Part shown: one piece after another, positions 51,101 to 63,881 of the stretch
How positions within the stretch are numbered: the first letter of the stretch is position 1
Layout: each line of letters begins with the position of its first letter
Source: Ostrea edulis
Taxonomy: Eukaryota
Assembly (NCBI RefSeq): GCF_947568905.1
Contig: NC_079164.1
Span: 103,540,001 to 103,604,000, forward strand
Direction of reading: 5' to 3'
DNA: 64,000 bases
The notes under the pieces: generated by a model
What the model was told of the DNA's origin: nothing
The model's input: only the letters and a program-made list of their open reading frames with translations
Databases searched by the model: none
Translations under genes and position numbers: made by a program

Positions 51101-53720
51101 CGAACAAAGAGCTGCAATCATGGTTGTCGGACGTTCCAAGAATTTTTAGACACAAAACAGTATTCAATGAACGGGATCCTCAGATATGAAAAAATCTTTG
51201 GGAGGACTTTCGTCAGCACAGGAGGGTTTGACACAACAAAGGTACGTATTGTTTTCTTTTGTTTATGAACAGTACGATATGTGATGTTTAATGTTATTAA
51301 TTTTTATTTTCAAACTACATTTTACAGGAATTTGTGGACAAGTTAAACCTACAAAAAGGTGAAGTGGTGCTAGATGTTGGTTGTGGAATTGGTGGAAGTG
51401 CTTTCTACATGGTTAAAGTAAATATTGAACTTAATTCAGATGTGGTTCAATATTGTCCACTCGCAATAACTTCTAATGTTACTAGTAGATTGTAAACTCC
51501 TAAATGCTTAGTGACGGATCTAAAGGGGATTCTAGGGATTACAACCCCCTCCTTGGGTTCGGAATCTTTACCAGAGAAGGATTCTGATGCCATGATATGG
51601 ACTGCAATCCTGTCTCTTTCTTCTTTCAGTTAAGATGTCCCCTTTAGATTTTGCAGGGATTTTATCTAAAGTTTTGCTGATATAGTTTCGCAACAATACA
51701 ATCCGCGCAGTTTCAAAAATTTAAATACTTTTACAGGAATATGGGAGCAAAGTTGTAGCAATAGATTTGTCTTCCAACATGATCAAGATTGGCATGGAGA
51801 GAGCAGAGGAGGTGGGCGTGTCGCTGCTAGATGTAAGAATTCAGAATTGAATTGTTTCAAATTGCATTTAAGTAATCAATGTATAACGAAAGGAGATGAT
51901 TTAATTCAAGATAAATGATAACGGTGAAATTCACATAACTGGTAAATTATTAAAACTTGAAACTTTATGGAACTTATTTGCTCTTTATAAAAGTTACAGA
52001 AATCGATTTTTTTTTAAAATCTGCATTATATGCTTAATTTTATTTCATGTCTTTATAGATAAAGATAACGTTTAAGCAACTTTTCAAAATATTTCAGTAA
52101 AATATACTCTTCCTACAGGCTTCAATGTAAAATTCTAGGTGATTTAATCAAGCAGTCATTAGGATTTTGTGAATTCCTGTAGTGGGTTATTTTTATTTGA
52201 TAAACCGCTCAAAATGATACCATTATTACAAAAAATACACCATTCATTTACTACCGGTAGATATGAATGTGATTGTTATACATTGAATACTTTATACTTT
52301 CATTAAATCCTTATAGGTTTTACTAATATGAAACAATACAAGTCTGTGATTAACCTATTTAACAGGTTCAGTTTGAGGTAGCAGATGCCACGAAAAGGGT
52401 GTACCCTGACGACTATTTTGATGTTGTGTACAGTCGGGATACAATTCTTCATATCAACGATAAGCTGGGCCTGTTCAAAAGATTCTATGTAAGAAACATT
52501 CTACATAAAACTAAGCTTCATTGATAAAACTTGACTACTTTAACAGCTGTTTAATAGCTGTATATATCCTTTTACAAGTAAACAATGAATGACAGTCAAT
52601 CTGTGTGGTCTTTTCAGAGGTGTTTGAAGCCAGGGGGTCGACTGTTGATTTCGGACTATGCATGTAGCCCTGATGAGCATTCTGAACAGTTCAAGGCTTA
52701 TGTCAAACAACGAGGATATAATCTACTTTCCCCGGAACAGTATGGAAAGGTGCAGTTGTGATTTAGAATACTAGCCTTCTATAAAGTACAAACGTGACAA
52801 TAGCAGACCGAACTTTTATTAGTGGACAGGTTTTTTTTAGTCCATGAATTATCTTCTGCTTATTTGAAGATTTAAACAAATGATTTCTTTCTCGCTTTTA
52901 TACTCACTTAGTTCCATTGTATGAACAGGTTTTAGAGGAAGCGGGTTTTGTCAATGTAAAGGCAGACGACAGAACAGACCTATTTGTTGAATCACTGGAA
53001 AAAGAACTTACGAGAACTGAAAAAATAAAAGAGGACTTCGTTAAGGTAAAATTACAATTTTGATTTACATTTTTTTAAAATTCCAAATCGCATATTTTTG
53101 GGAAAATTTCGGTGGGTCCCCCCCCCCACCACCACCACCACGGTTTTATGTCTGGTGGTTTGTCTGTTTGTAATATTATGTCTTTGGTCATTATACTTTT
53201 GGAACTGTGAAACTAGAAATATGTAGGTCAAAGCTTTATTCAAGGTCAAAGTAAAGGTGAAAGGTGAAATTTTCCTTGATTATCCATGCGGTATAGTATT
53301 TCGTGCTTTCTCACAAGTTTTATGTTATTCCTTTCGGCGAATATTTTTTTTTTTTGGTTGAAAATTCAAGAAGTCACATACATTATTAGTGACACAAAAT
53401 GTCAAGGAAACAATTCATATCACAGAGTACAACCGATATATATACATATCAACTGACAATAAGTAAAGCCGCTATATATGTAGATATCAATTTACAGTAC
53501 AAAGTACATGTCTGTATCAATTTACAGTACAGAGTACACCCACTATATCTTCTTACAACACAGATTACAACCCCTATATGTACATATCATTGTTTCTTTT
53601 CAGGAATTTTCTCTTCAAGATTACAATGACATTGTCGGGGGTTGGAAAGACAAACTAAAGAGAACAGCAGCCGGCGATCAAAGATGGGGAGTTTTCTACG
53701 CCGAAAAACCTGCTAACTGA
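47957..53720 (+). CDS. Phosphoethanolamine N-methyltransferase, two-domain (plant NMT/PEAMT-type)
   Basis: Exons 47957-47972, 48587-48761, 50182-50337, 50575-50711, 50807-50958, 51053-51241, 51328-51417, 51737-51832, 52366-52488, 52618-52749, 52929-53045, 53604-53720 total 1500 nt (499 aa + stop). MT1: [44 protein letters not shown]2: [49 protein letters not shown]. The 16-nt first exon is less certain. AATAAA at 54117. Confidence 0.93.
48134..48180. repeat. (TA)n microsatellite
   Basis: Pure TA run in PEAMT intron 1. Confidence 0.95.
49057..49466. mobile_element. MITE with GGCGGAT/ATCCGCC termini
   Basis: cggtggcggattt...ggatccgcccctg in PEAMT intron 2; a related end ggatccgccactag lies at ~46977-46990. 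Confidence 0.55.
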
Positions 53721-54957
53721 GATCTAATTTGACCGTTTCTATCTGCAAATATATTAGAGAGTGTTAGATCAGTTCTACCGTAGACTTCTATATACTGGAG
53801 TAAAGGACTCACTAACTTTTCAAAATGAAAAATCAAATGTTGAAAAGTAGGCAATGAATAGATTTTTTATATGATTGTGCCAAATATTTCTAATATTTTC
53901 AGGTATAAAGGGTCGAGGTTTACCTGAAAAATTATTTTACCGCATCATTCGGTGTGACAGGTGTAGATATATATATATATATATAGTATTGTTGTCTGTT
54001 GAGATGCTTTGGTTAGTTGTATTTTTTGTTTGTGTTTATGTTATATGATGCATATTGTATCGTGACAGAACATTTGCAATACTTACATTTGTTAAAGTTA
54101 GTACATGTTGAGCGAAAATAAAATTTAAAAAAAGACTTAATTTCTGTACTTATATATCCGGTAGAACGGGATAATCAGCCTAACTTCAAACTGAGGGCTT
54201 CCTCTTTCTCCCCATATATATACACTGTTATATCTGTCTGTGGACTATTTAATCACTTTTTTATCTTAATCCTCGTGTGTACTTGAATCCAAACATTCAA
54301 ATTATTTTAAAATGGGTCGAGTGACAACTTTGTTATTTATCAAACAAATACTGCAGTTCTTTATTCAAATTAAAACATTCTATTTGTGACGTGTATACAC
54401 CACAGGGAATTACATCGCGCTTGTTTTCGAATTTACTAATAAAGAGTACTCTCTAAAAGTAAATTCGAACCTTAGCGATATAATGGCATGTGATATAAAC
54501 TTTAAAATCTTTTTCGAGACATATTTGATATATCCCCTTCTAATAAAATACTATTCATATTTGAAGTATGACTATTCATTCAAATATGTACATACCAAGA
54601 TGGGCTTGAAATCTCATTTCCCAATCCCAGGAGATTTCATATTTGAATATGCACTTCGGTATAGGAAAGTTTGGACCATGTGAGAACTTAGAAGATTTTT
54701 CATTCAAGTGTCTTTGGGGACAAGAAGAGCAAACTACTGGAGGAAATAATTTAAACAAACTTAATTCTGTCCTTTAAATAGTGAGATTGGCTGCACGTTT
54801 AGTAACATTTTCCCCTGTAGTCAACCTGTTCTTTAAAAAGCATGTTGGACGCTTTTTCAAAGTATACATGGTATCTTTAAACAAGATTTACTTGTGAGAC
54901 ACAATGTCCTTCTAAGCTTAAACATTGTTATTGTTAATGCATAATGTTTCACAGATA

Positions 54958-55578
54958 GCGGTAGCGCGGTGGTGAGCGCAGGTCACTTTGCAATCAGGAG
55001 GTTCCGGAGTTTTTTGTAAGACTACGGACGTGTCCCTTCAATCATGAAGTCCCGGGTGCTTTTTATGATTACGGACGTGTCCCGTCAATCAGGAAGTCCC
55101 AGGGTGCTTTTTATGATTACGGACGTGTCCCGTCAATCAGGAAGTCCCAGGGTGCTTTTTATGATTACGGACGTGTCCCGTCAATCAGGAAGTCCCAGGG
55201 TGCTTTTTATGACTACGGACGTGTCCCCTTCAATCAGGAAGTCCCAGGGTGCTTTTTATGATTACGGACGTGTCCCGTCAATCAGGAAGTCCCAGGGTGC
55301 TTTTTATGACTACGGACGTGTCCCCTCCAGTCTTTTGTACTCGGGTTCACGCTACCGTGGGTAACTGTTCCTTCCTTCGCCAAGCTCCTGGCCTCAGAAA
55401 TGAAAGTCACGGGATCCTGAAAAACCGGAAGTCCCGTTTCATGGTAGGCGTTAGCGCAATACAGAACCCTTTGAGTGCCATGCATAGGACAAACTCTGCG
55501 ATATTTCACCTTCAGCTGGTGAAGTCTCTGTTTAAAAAACCCCCACCTCGAATCGGACGTAGGGCAACAAACAAACAA
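54958..55578 (+). mobile_element. tRNA-derived SINE with internal tandem amplification
   Basis: A-box tagcgcggtgg at 54962, degenerate B-box, body gggtaactgttcc...gaaagtcacggg...ggaagtcccgtttcatggtaggcg, (aaac)n tail at 55566-55578. The family assignment (Meta-like core) is from memory and unverified. Confidence 0.6.
55023..55324. repeat. 48-bp tandem repeat, ~6.3 copies
   Basis: Unit tacggacgtgtcccgtcaatcaggaagtcccagggtgctttttatgat starts at 55023, 55070, 55118, 55166, 55214, 55263 and 55311. Confidence 0.95.
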
Positions 55579-55776
55579 GGAACAAACACGATACCTCCGA
55601 TCGTTCAATTGACCAATCACTTATAACCTGATGTGCATATATACCTGTGACCCTGGCTTTTAGTTGACCGAGTGTGTATTTGAAGTGTCTAGCTTGTTCC
55701 ATATTACTGACTCCGATCTTTTAGGATACAATTATGACTCTAAGCTCTATGTTTAATTGATGTTTCTTTTCGCAAA

Positions 55777-55960
55777 AAGGTCAAGTCATAGTAGATCAGG
55801 AAGAAAGGTAATATAGTAGATCCGAAAGAAAGGTCAAATCAGAAACGATCCGAAAGAAAGGTAAGGTCATAGTAGATCAGGGGGAAAGGTCAAGTCATAG
55901 GAGATCCGAAACAAAGGTCAAATCATAGTAGATGAGGGAGAAAATTCAAGTCAGAGTAGA
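55777..55960. repeat. Degenerate ~28-bp tandem repeat
   Basis: Recurring aaaggtcaagtcatagtagatc variants, about 7 copies. Confidence 0.7.
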
Positions 55961-56561
55961 GAAAAAATTAACTGAAGTAAAAGCATTTCATCAATCACGG
56001 TATGAAAATCAAGATGATGTATTACAAGAAATTGATCTTGATAGACCCATAAGCAATCATGCAATTCCAGGAGTAAATGAGGGACTGGAATGAGGTTTTG
56101 ATAGATATATTACACCATGAATTGCTGTCTATTCTAAAGAGAACGATAAGGAACTCGGTGCAGATGGTTTCACAGTTAATCTTTTTGGTCGGACTCGTAC
56201 AAGCATAGAATACTAGTAAATTCTTAATATTGTAATTTTATAAAACAAAAATTATCTGCATGTATTTCTTAAAAACGAGGAATCATTTCTATGCATTTGA
56301 TAGAATTGGGGAGGGCGGGTATCGTTATATAAAGATTTTCAAAGAATGTATATGTATGGGATAATAAAATACGTAAAGTGGCAAAATAATGTATCACTCA
56401 CAGCTATGAAAATGGAAGATTAAGAATCATCAGTTTAGAATTATTTTTTTTTTTTTTGTTATCCCGAAATATCTCTCACTATTGTTTTATGTACTGTCTA
56501 ATATAGAAAGTATACATTCTTCTGGAATAATATGTATGAGAGGGGAGATTTTCCATGCACA

Positions 56562-56915
56562 ACACTTTCCTCATATTTTCGTTCCAATTTCAAAGGGAGA
56601 ATGGTATGGTGAATTCAGGCATTGCAATGATAGAAATAATGCAGTAATTGACCATTTAAAAATTCAGAAATATACCCCCCCCCTTTTGTGAAATACATTC
56701 TCTTTATCTAAATTATATTATTATTATATGCATATGTTTTTTCTACCGAACATGTTCCATAATGTGCACGTTCTGCAAGTCCGCTACATTTCTAAATTCA
56801 TGTAATGCAGAAAAACATACCCAACACAGATTGTTACATTTAGTTGCCAGTGTTTAGATATAGCTAAACCATACCATTCTCCTTTGAAATTGGAACGAAA
56901 ATATGAGGAATGTGT
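56562..56915. mobile_element. Fold-back MITE
   Basis: ~50-bp inverted arms acactttcctcatattttcgttccaatttcaaagggagaatggtatggt / accataccattctcctttgaaattggaacgaaaatatgaggaatgtgt; no TSD found. Confidence 0.6.
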
Positions 56916-57231
56916 CTCAATACATCAACAAAATTCCGAAGTTCAAGAGTATACTAAATAAAAATTGTTATCTTTGACTTCTGTACATTTTGTAACTTAC
57001 ATATGCAATGACCAGAAGGCGTCTATTTTGGGAATGTCCTATGTTCAAAAATTGTGAAATGATATTACAGAATGGGTCAACAGAAAAAATAATATCAGTT
57101 GCCACTGATCTAAGAAAGAAATGTTATAACTTGCAAAGCCACCAAATGAAATATATTCGTACAATTCTAAACTTGACAATGCGATATCCACCCCCCCCTC
57201 CACACCAACAATAGACATCCACCTTATTTAG

Positions 57232-57660
57232 TAGCTGCAGAACTGTTGCTCTCTGAAAAAATATGTTGGCGGAACAGAGAGCTACAGTTCCACCCCTAAT
57301 AAAAACCGATTTACGGCGCACAAAAACTGCGCACCGTTGAGACCTAAGTTTTATGGCCCCAGAGCCTGATATCGTTGTATTCTTGTGTTGCTGTCTCATA
57401 AATTTAATATAAAAAATTCTTAACATATTTTCCTACTATAGTTGTGTCCAAACATACCTTCAAATATTCATTAAAGCCCCATACGACCCGAAAACTCCCA
57501 GCTTCAAATGAATGACAGCAACACAAGAATACAACGATATCAGGCCTCAACAGTGAGCAGCTTTTTGTGCACCGTAAATCGAAGGTTTTTGTTAGGGGTG
57601 GAACTGTAGCTCCATGTTCCGTCAAAATATATTTTTCAGAGAGCCACAGTTCTGCAGCTA
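57232..57660. mobile_element. Mutator-like fold-back MITE with 9-bp TSD
   Basis: tagctgcagaactgt...acagttctgcagcta with ~150-170-bp imperfect arms; cttatttag duplicated at 57223-57231 and 57661-57669. Confidence 0.82.
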
Positions 57661-57755
57661 CTTATTTAGAAACTACTTTTTATCGTAATATTCAATATTA
57701 ATTGTATACCAAAAATGATAATTTCACTAAATATAAAAATGGATAGGATATTTTT

Positions 57756-58239
57756 TAGGGGTGAAACGATGCATCGCGATGTGGCCGAATCGCGATGTAG
57801 AGGTCTCGATTCGATGTTCGATTTATTCCGGGTCTATTTCGGTTCGATACGATTCTAGAATCATAGCATATATTGCTTTTGATAACACGGTTTCTGATTG
57901 GCCAATGGAATTGACAATTGCCCAATCAACGTACGAGTAAACTTTGCTGAACCAATATGGACACAGTCGAGTTGAAAAATGCACCCCCAATGTATAAATC
58001 CCGGGTATAGTGACAGTTCAGTTTTAGGACAAGTGATACGAGTGTTGCTTTATGTTAAATGCTTTTATATTATGTACAATTTATATGCAAAGAGCAATAA
58101 ATACAATAAACATAAAAAAAATCTAAGCATTATAAAGAATTTGGTATATGCTATTGTATCGAATCGAAAATCATCAAATCGAGACTAAAGTATCGAAAAT
58201 CGAATCGAATCGAGAAGGTACTGTATCGTTTCACCCCTA
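57756..58239. mobile_element. hAT-type non-autonomous element
   Basis: TIR taggggtgaaacgat / atcgtttcaccccta, 8-bp TSD atattttt, subterminal atcga arrays. Confidence 0.85.
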
Positions 58240-61200
58240 ATATTTTTACATATTGGGAGTTACAAATCCCCCGTATACATCTTAATGACATTTCTCCCCC
58301 GACGTATAGTTACTTTTTGATGACACATATCTGGTGTGTGTGAGCTGAGATGGGTCACAGATTAAGTTCTAGACAGAGTACAAGTATGTAGTTTAGTTCC
58401 AATCCTAAAGGAGTTGCTCTTGATTTCTTTTATCTATCCACTTTAAAAATTCAACCGGTCACGTGAATTTGTCATGCAAAACTAATTCTCGGATGATAAT
58501 CAGCTTGGTTTCGAAAAGAAAAAATCCACGCTAGTATAAGTGGGGGAATACTTGTCCTTGAGCCACATATCTCTATTTTATTTCAAATAAGTTTACGTGT
58601 CCTTATTGAAAGGAAATTTTATATCGCAGCTCTCCACTTCGGTGGATTGCAAAATACTAATACTATTAGTATATACTGAGCTATGTTCAAACCTCTTGGT
58701 ACGATTTGCATATTAGCAGTATTAGGAGAAATTATTGCTTGACCCACCACTGAAATCTTTGCAGAAACATAAAAGGGCGGGAAGGGTAGCGTATATTCAT
58801 GTACTAGGCCTAAGTGATAAAAACACGCCGTTGGAATTTATACCTTTTCTGCTTATTCGTAATGAATAACGAGATGAGGAAAAACTGAATAAAATTTATA
58901 ATATGAGGTATAAATTTGAACAACTCGATATGTGAAAACCCCGACATAAATAAACTATAACTCAGCTGATCTGCAACTGAATTATGAATACTGTTGATGG
59001 GGTATGGACAGTTTCTTTATGTTATATAATAAGGTACTATTTGGGATGGGGTTAAAATACCATTTGACTTGTTCAAATATGATTTCAAGATGTAAAATGT
59101 AGGGAAAGGAGGGATGTGAAGGACCGTACAGTCACCCCAACCCCCACTCCGAAGTGTGAAAATTTTATTCCATTTGAATCTGCTATTTGTGTTAGACTTC
59201 AATCTATTTTTTGTCATACATTTACACGTCATACACCGATACCGTTGTTTTATCGTATACTACTGTCAACCGGATGCAACCTGAGCGGAAAATTTAGGTG
59301 TATGTTTGGACTGATAAGATTGTACACTTAACGGTATTAAACCAAGTTCACCATGATCCCTTTGCCTGACATACTAAGTAAAGTATTTTACATAAGCAAG
59401 TGGACATTGCTTTATAACGTCAGGGCAATGTAACGCGAGTTAGTCATTTAGAACGGTCAATATCAATGATACTTCATCACAAAATCAGTACAGTGCCTTT
59501 TCCTCTGGAATACCTGCAGTTGTTCAAATGAGCACAGATAAAACCGCTCATTACAAGTTTTTTTTTTTTTTTTTTTTAATTGTAATGTAGCTAATTTGAA
59601 GTTTTAAAGCAGGCTGCTCATCGGGGGGTGGGGGTTACATACATCAATAATATTTATCGCTTGATTATGTTTACTATGTAAGGTTTTTTGTATAGATCTA
59701 ATTATAGCAATGCTTTGTTTTAATTAAACAATCAGATTTGCCAGTCTGTTCTTTTGCCGGATGAAGCCGACGAACCCCTGACCAAGAGAGACTAAAGGAT
59801 CCATTTGAACAATGTATAGTTCAACTAAAGAAGCTGTCATAACAATTTTTCAACTTTTGTGATTAAAATTACTTTTTAAAAAATGAAAGACAAACATGGT
59901 GACGTCACAATCACTTACGTTGGCAAAAACATCACAATAACCAAGATGTGACATCACAATTACTTCTGTTTTCTTAGTCACGTTAGTAAGGAATTTTGTT
60001 GTACAAAATGGAAGAAAAAGAAGGGAAACAAATGTCCCTCTATGGGAAGTTTATTCAGTCGCCTGTGGATATGGCAGAGTCGTGGAAGAATGTTCTTTGT
60101 GTAAGTAGTAATTTTCAAGCCTATAACTCATAGGCGCTCACCATCTATCTTAACTAGATAGTGAAAATAACGTGAATAAATTCATCCTCTATATACATAT
60201 GTATTTATTTTACACAATTTTAATTGTTTCATATCAGTTTATCTACGCAAATTGGGCAATTTAGAACTCCTGGATGTTACAAAGCATATACAATACATAT
60301 ACAATTGGGAATATATTTTAGAGGACAGAAAATATTCGTCGTAATCACTTGGCAAATAAGGGAGATGGTTCGTCTCTTTGGCCCGGAATAAAACAGTGGT
60401 CAAGAAACGAATTGGAGGATAAGAAAGATTCCTACTTTGGAAAGAGAACTAGAAACACTGTGGTAAGAATAGATCTATATATAATCCACTCTAGTTAAAA
60501 AGGGAATACCCGGTATTTATTATGTTTCTCAACAACAACAAAATCATATAAAATAACCGAGAGCTTGTATCACCCTTTCGATGATGAAATCATTCTTCAT
60601 ACGAGGTGTTTTAACGAGCCATTAAAGAAAATGTTGGTGTTATGAGATACTTTAATTAAATCACCAACCTACACGCGCATGCACATGTGCTTCGTTTGAA
60701 TGTTGTTGTTTATTAGTCAAAAGCAAATACAGTTTATAGACAAAGTATGCGATGTAATAAATCTAAAATCATATAAAGGTCAAGAAAGAATAGAAAGTGT
60801 GCTTATACATTGGTATTTCTAATTTCAAAGGAATTCTTAATAAATTTACCCAAGTTACATAATTCCTTTACATTCTGTGTCGATAAAAGTTGAATTAATT
60901 TAAAGGGTCTGATATAATAATGCTTTTTCAAAAATTTGATTTAAAGAAAAAATAAAACTAGTCTTCTACATTTAGGGTACATAAAGGGCATAAACGTCTT
61001 TCTAAAGGAACATTTTTGTATCTACCGGTTTCAATAACTAACCAGTGAGACGATAATCTTAACTTACAAATAAGCTTTTTCTACCGCATAGGAATTCTTT
61101 TAGTTAAGTAGGATTGCAAAGTAAAATGATCAATCAAATGTTTATAAATTCTACATGTTGAGGAAGAGATTGGGTAATGCTAAAATGCCATGGATGTAAA

Positions 61201-61390
61201 TAAACTGATATTCACAGCATAGGTAGATAATACAAATCAGGACGGATCCAGGAATTTTTGGAAGGGGGATTCTACCATTAATTTTGATTTTCAAAGACAT
61301 ATTCACATGAGTTTCTTGTCTTATATTTGTAAACGAACATCGGACATCGCTCATTAGGCACTATATGGACATGCACTATATATATGGACA

Positions 61391-63881
61391 TGCATCTTCA
61401 TTGCTGATTAGAGGGGTTGACACACTTCATTGTTGATTAGAGGGGATGACACACTTCATTGTTGATTAGAGGGGTTGACACACTTCATTGTTGATTAGTA
61501 TGGAGCACCAAATTAACTTAAACTCAAATAATTGAAGATATCTTCAATTATTTGAAGATATCATCAATTCAATTATTGCTCTCTTTAATTGAATTAATGC
61601 GCGCATTAAATCAATTATTGCTCTCATCAAATGAATTAATGTGCGCTTCAATTCAATTATTGCTCTCATCAATTGAATTTATGCGCGCATCAATTGAATT
61701 AATGAGAGCAATAATTGATTTAATGCGCGCATTAATTCAATTATTGCTCTCTTCAATTCAATTGTTGAGAGCATCAATTGAATTAATGAGAGCAATAATA
61801 GATTTGATGTGCGCATTAATTCAATTATTGCTCTCTTCAATTCAATTGATGAGAGCATTAATTTCGTAGAAATGTTGTTCGCAATAATTGATTTAGAGCT
61901 CGGTATAAATAATTTGATGATCTCTTTAATTCAATTGAAGATATCTTTAATTATTTACAATGCTTTTGTATAAGGAATTAATGCGCGCAACAATTTTTTT
62001 TTAAAGAGAGCAACAATTGAATTAAAGAGATCATTAATTCAATTGTGGATATGTTGAATTGAAGATATCTTTAATTATTTAGTTGCTCTCTCTAAAAGAA
62101 TTATTGCTCTCTTCAAATGAATTAAAGATATCATTAATTCAATTGAAGAGAGCAATAATTGAATTAATGCGCGCATTAAATCCATTATTGCCCTCATCAA
62201 ATGAATTAATGCGCGAATCAATTCAATTATTGCTCTCATCATTTGATTTAATGCGCGCATTATATCAATTATTGCTCTCTTCAATTGAATTGTAGCGCGC
62301 ATCAATTCATTTGTTGATATCATTAATTCATTTGAAGAGATCATTAATTCAATTAAAGCGCGCATCAATTCAGCAGAAGAATTAATGCTATCATCAATTC
62401 ATTTAATGCGCGCAATAATTCAGAATTGCAGATATCATTAATTATTTGAAGAGATCTTTAATTAAATTGTTGCGCGCATCAAATGAATTGATGATATCTT
62501 CAAATAATTGAAGATATCTTCAATTATTTGAGTTTGTGTTAATTTGGCGCTCCATAGATTAGAGGGGTTGACACACTTCATTGTTGATTAGAGGGGTTGA
62601 CACACTTCATTGTTGATTAGAGGGGTTGACACACTTCATTGTTGATTAGAGGGGTTGACACACTTCATTGTTGATTAGAGGGGTTGACACACTTCATTGT
62701 TGATTAAAGGGGTTGACACACTTCATTGTTGATTAGAGGGTTGACACACTTCATTGTTGATTAGAGGGGTTGACACACTTCATTTCTGATTAGAGGGGTT
62801 GACACACTTCATTGTTGATTAGAGGGGTTGACACTCTTCGTTGTTGATTAGAGGGGTTGACACACTTCATTGTTGATTAGAGGGGTTGACACTCTTCGTT
62901 GTTGATTAGAGGGGTTGACACACTTCATTGTTGATTAAAGGGGTTGACACACTTCATTGTTGATTAGAGGGGTTGACACACTTCATTGTTGATTAGAGGG
63001 GTTGACACACTTCATTGTTGATTAGAGGGGTTGACACACTTCATTGTTGATTAGAGGGGTTGACACACTTCGTTGTTGATTAGAGGGGTTGACACACTTC
63101 ATTGTTGATTAGAGGGGTTGACACTCTTCGTTGTTGATTAGAGGGGTTGACACACTTCATTGTTGATTAGAGGGGTTGACACACTTCATTGTTGATTAGA
63201 GGGGTTGACACACTCCATTGTTGATTAGAGGGGTTGACACACTTCATTGCTGATTAGAGGGGTTGACACACTTCATTGTTGATTAGAGGGGTTGACACAC
63301 TTCATTGCTGATTAGAGGGGTTGACACACTTCATTGTTGATTAGAGGGGTTGACACTCTTCGTTGTTGATTAGAGGGGTTGACACACTTCATTGTTGATT
63401 AGAGGGGTTGACACTCTTCGTTGTTGATTAGAGGGGTTGACACACTTCATTGTTGATTAGAGGGGTTGACACACTTCATTGTTGATTAGAGGGGTTGACA
63501 CTCTTCGTTGTTGATTAGAGGGGTTGACACACTTCATTGTTGATTAGAGGGGTTGACACACTTCATTGTTGATTAGAGGGGTTGACACACTTCATTGCTG
63601 ATTAAAGGGGTTGACACACTTCATTGTTGATTAGAGGGGTTGACACACTTCATTGCTGATTAAAGGGGTTGACACACTTCATTGTTGATTAGAGGAGTTG
63701 ACACACTTCATTGTTGATTAGAGGGGTTGACACACTTCATTGTTGATTAGAGGGGTTGACACACTTCATTGCTGATTAAAGGGGTTGACACACTTCATTG
63801 TTGATTAGAGGGGTTGACACACTTCATTGCTGATTAAAGGGGTTGACACACTTCATTGTTGATTAGAGGGGTTGACACTCC
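61391..63881. repeat. 29-bp minisatellite (~3.5 + ~46 copies), split by a transposon
   Basis: Unit agaggggttgacacacttcattgttgatt at 61391-61498 and 62557-63881. Confidence 0.96.
61499..62556. mobile_element. IS3EU-like non-autonomous DNA transposon
   Basis: TATGG...CCATA termini, ~73-bp TIRs with 3 mismatches, 6-bp TSD gattag (61493-61498 and 62557-62562). The interior is made of short AT-rich palindromic repeats. The superfamily call rests on the TAY..RTA ends plus 6-bp TSD signature. Confidence 0.7.

Noticed and set aside
47957-53720. Recent horizontal transfer of PEAMT from plants/algae or contamination
   Set aside because: Eleven canonical spliceosomal introns with host-type repeats inside them, mostly host-like composition, and known animal homologues. 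Nothing in the sequence points to recent transfer; only a phylogeny could test ancient transfer.
55044-55626. Repetitive 106-125-aa ORFs
   Set aside because: Derived from the 48-bp array and SINE body.
61552-62368. LRR/coiled-coil-like ORFs (LLLSSIELMRAL...)
   Set aside because: By-product of the 21-nt palindromic modules inside a TIR/TSD-bounded element; similar frames occur on both strands.
3921-63881. CRISPR-like appearance of the 40-, 27-, 48- and 29-bp arrays
   Set aside because: Units are directly adjacent with no unique spacers, there are no cas genes, and the context is eukaryotic and spliceosomal.
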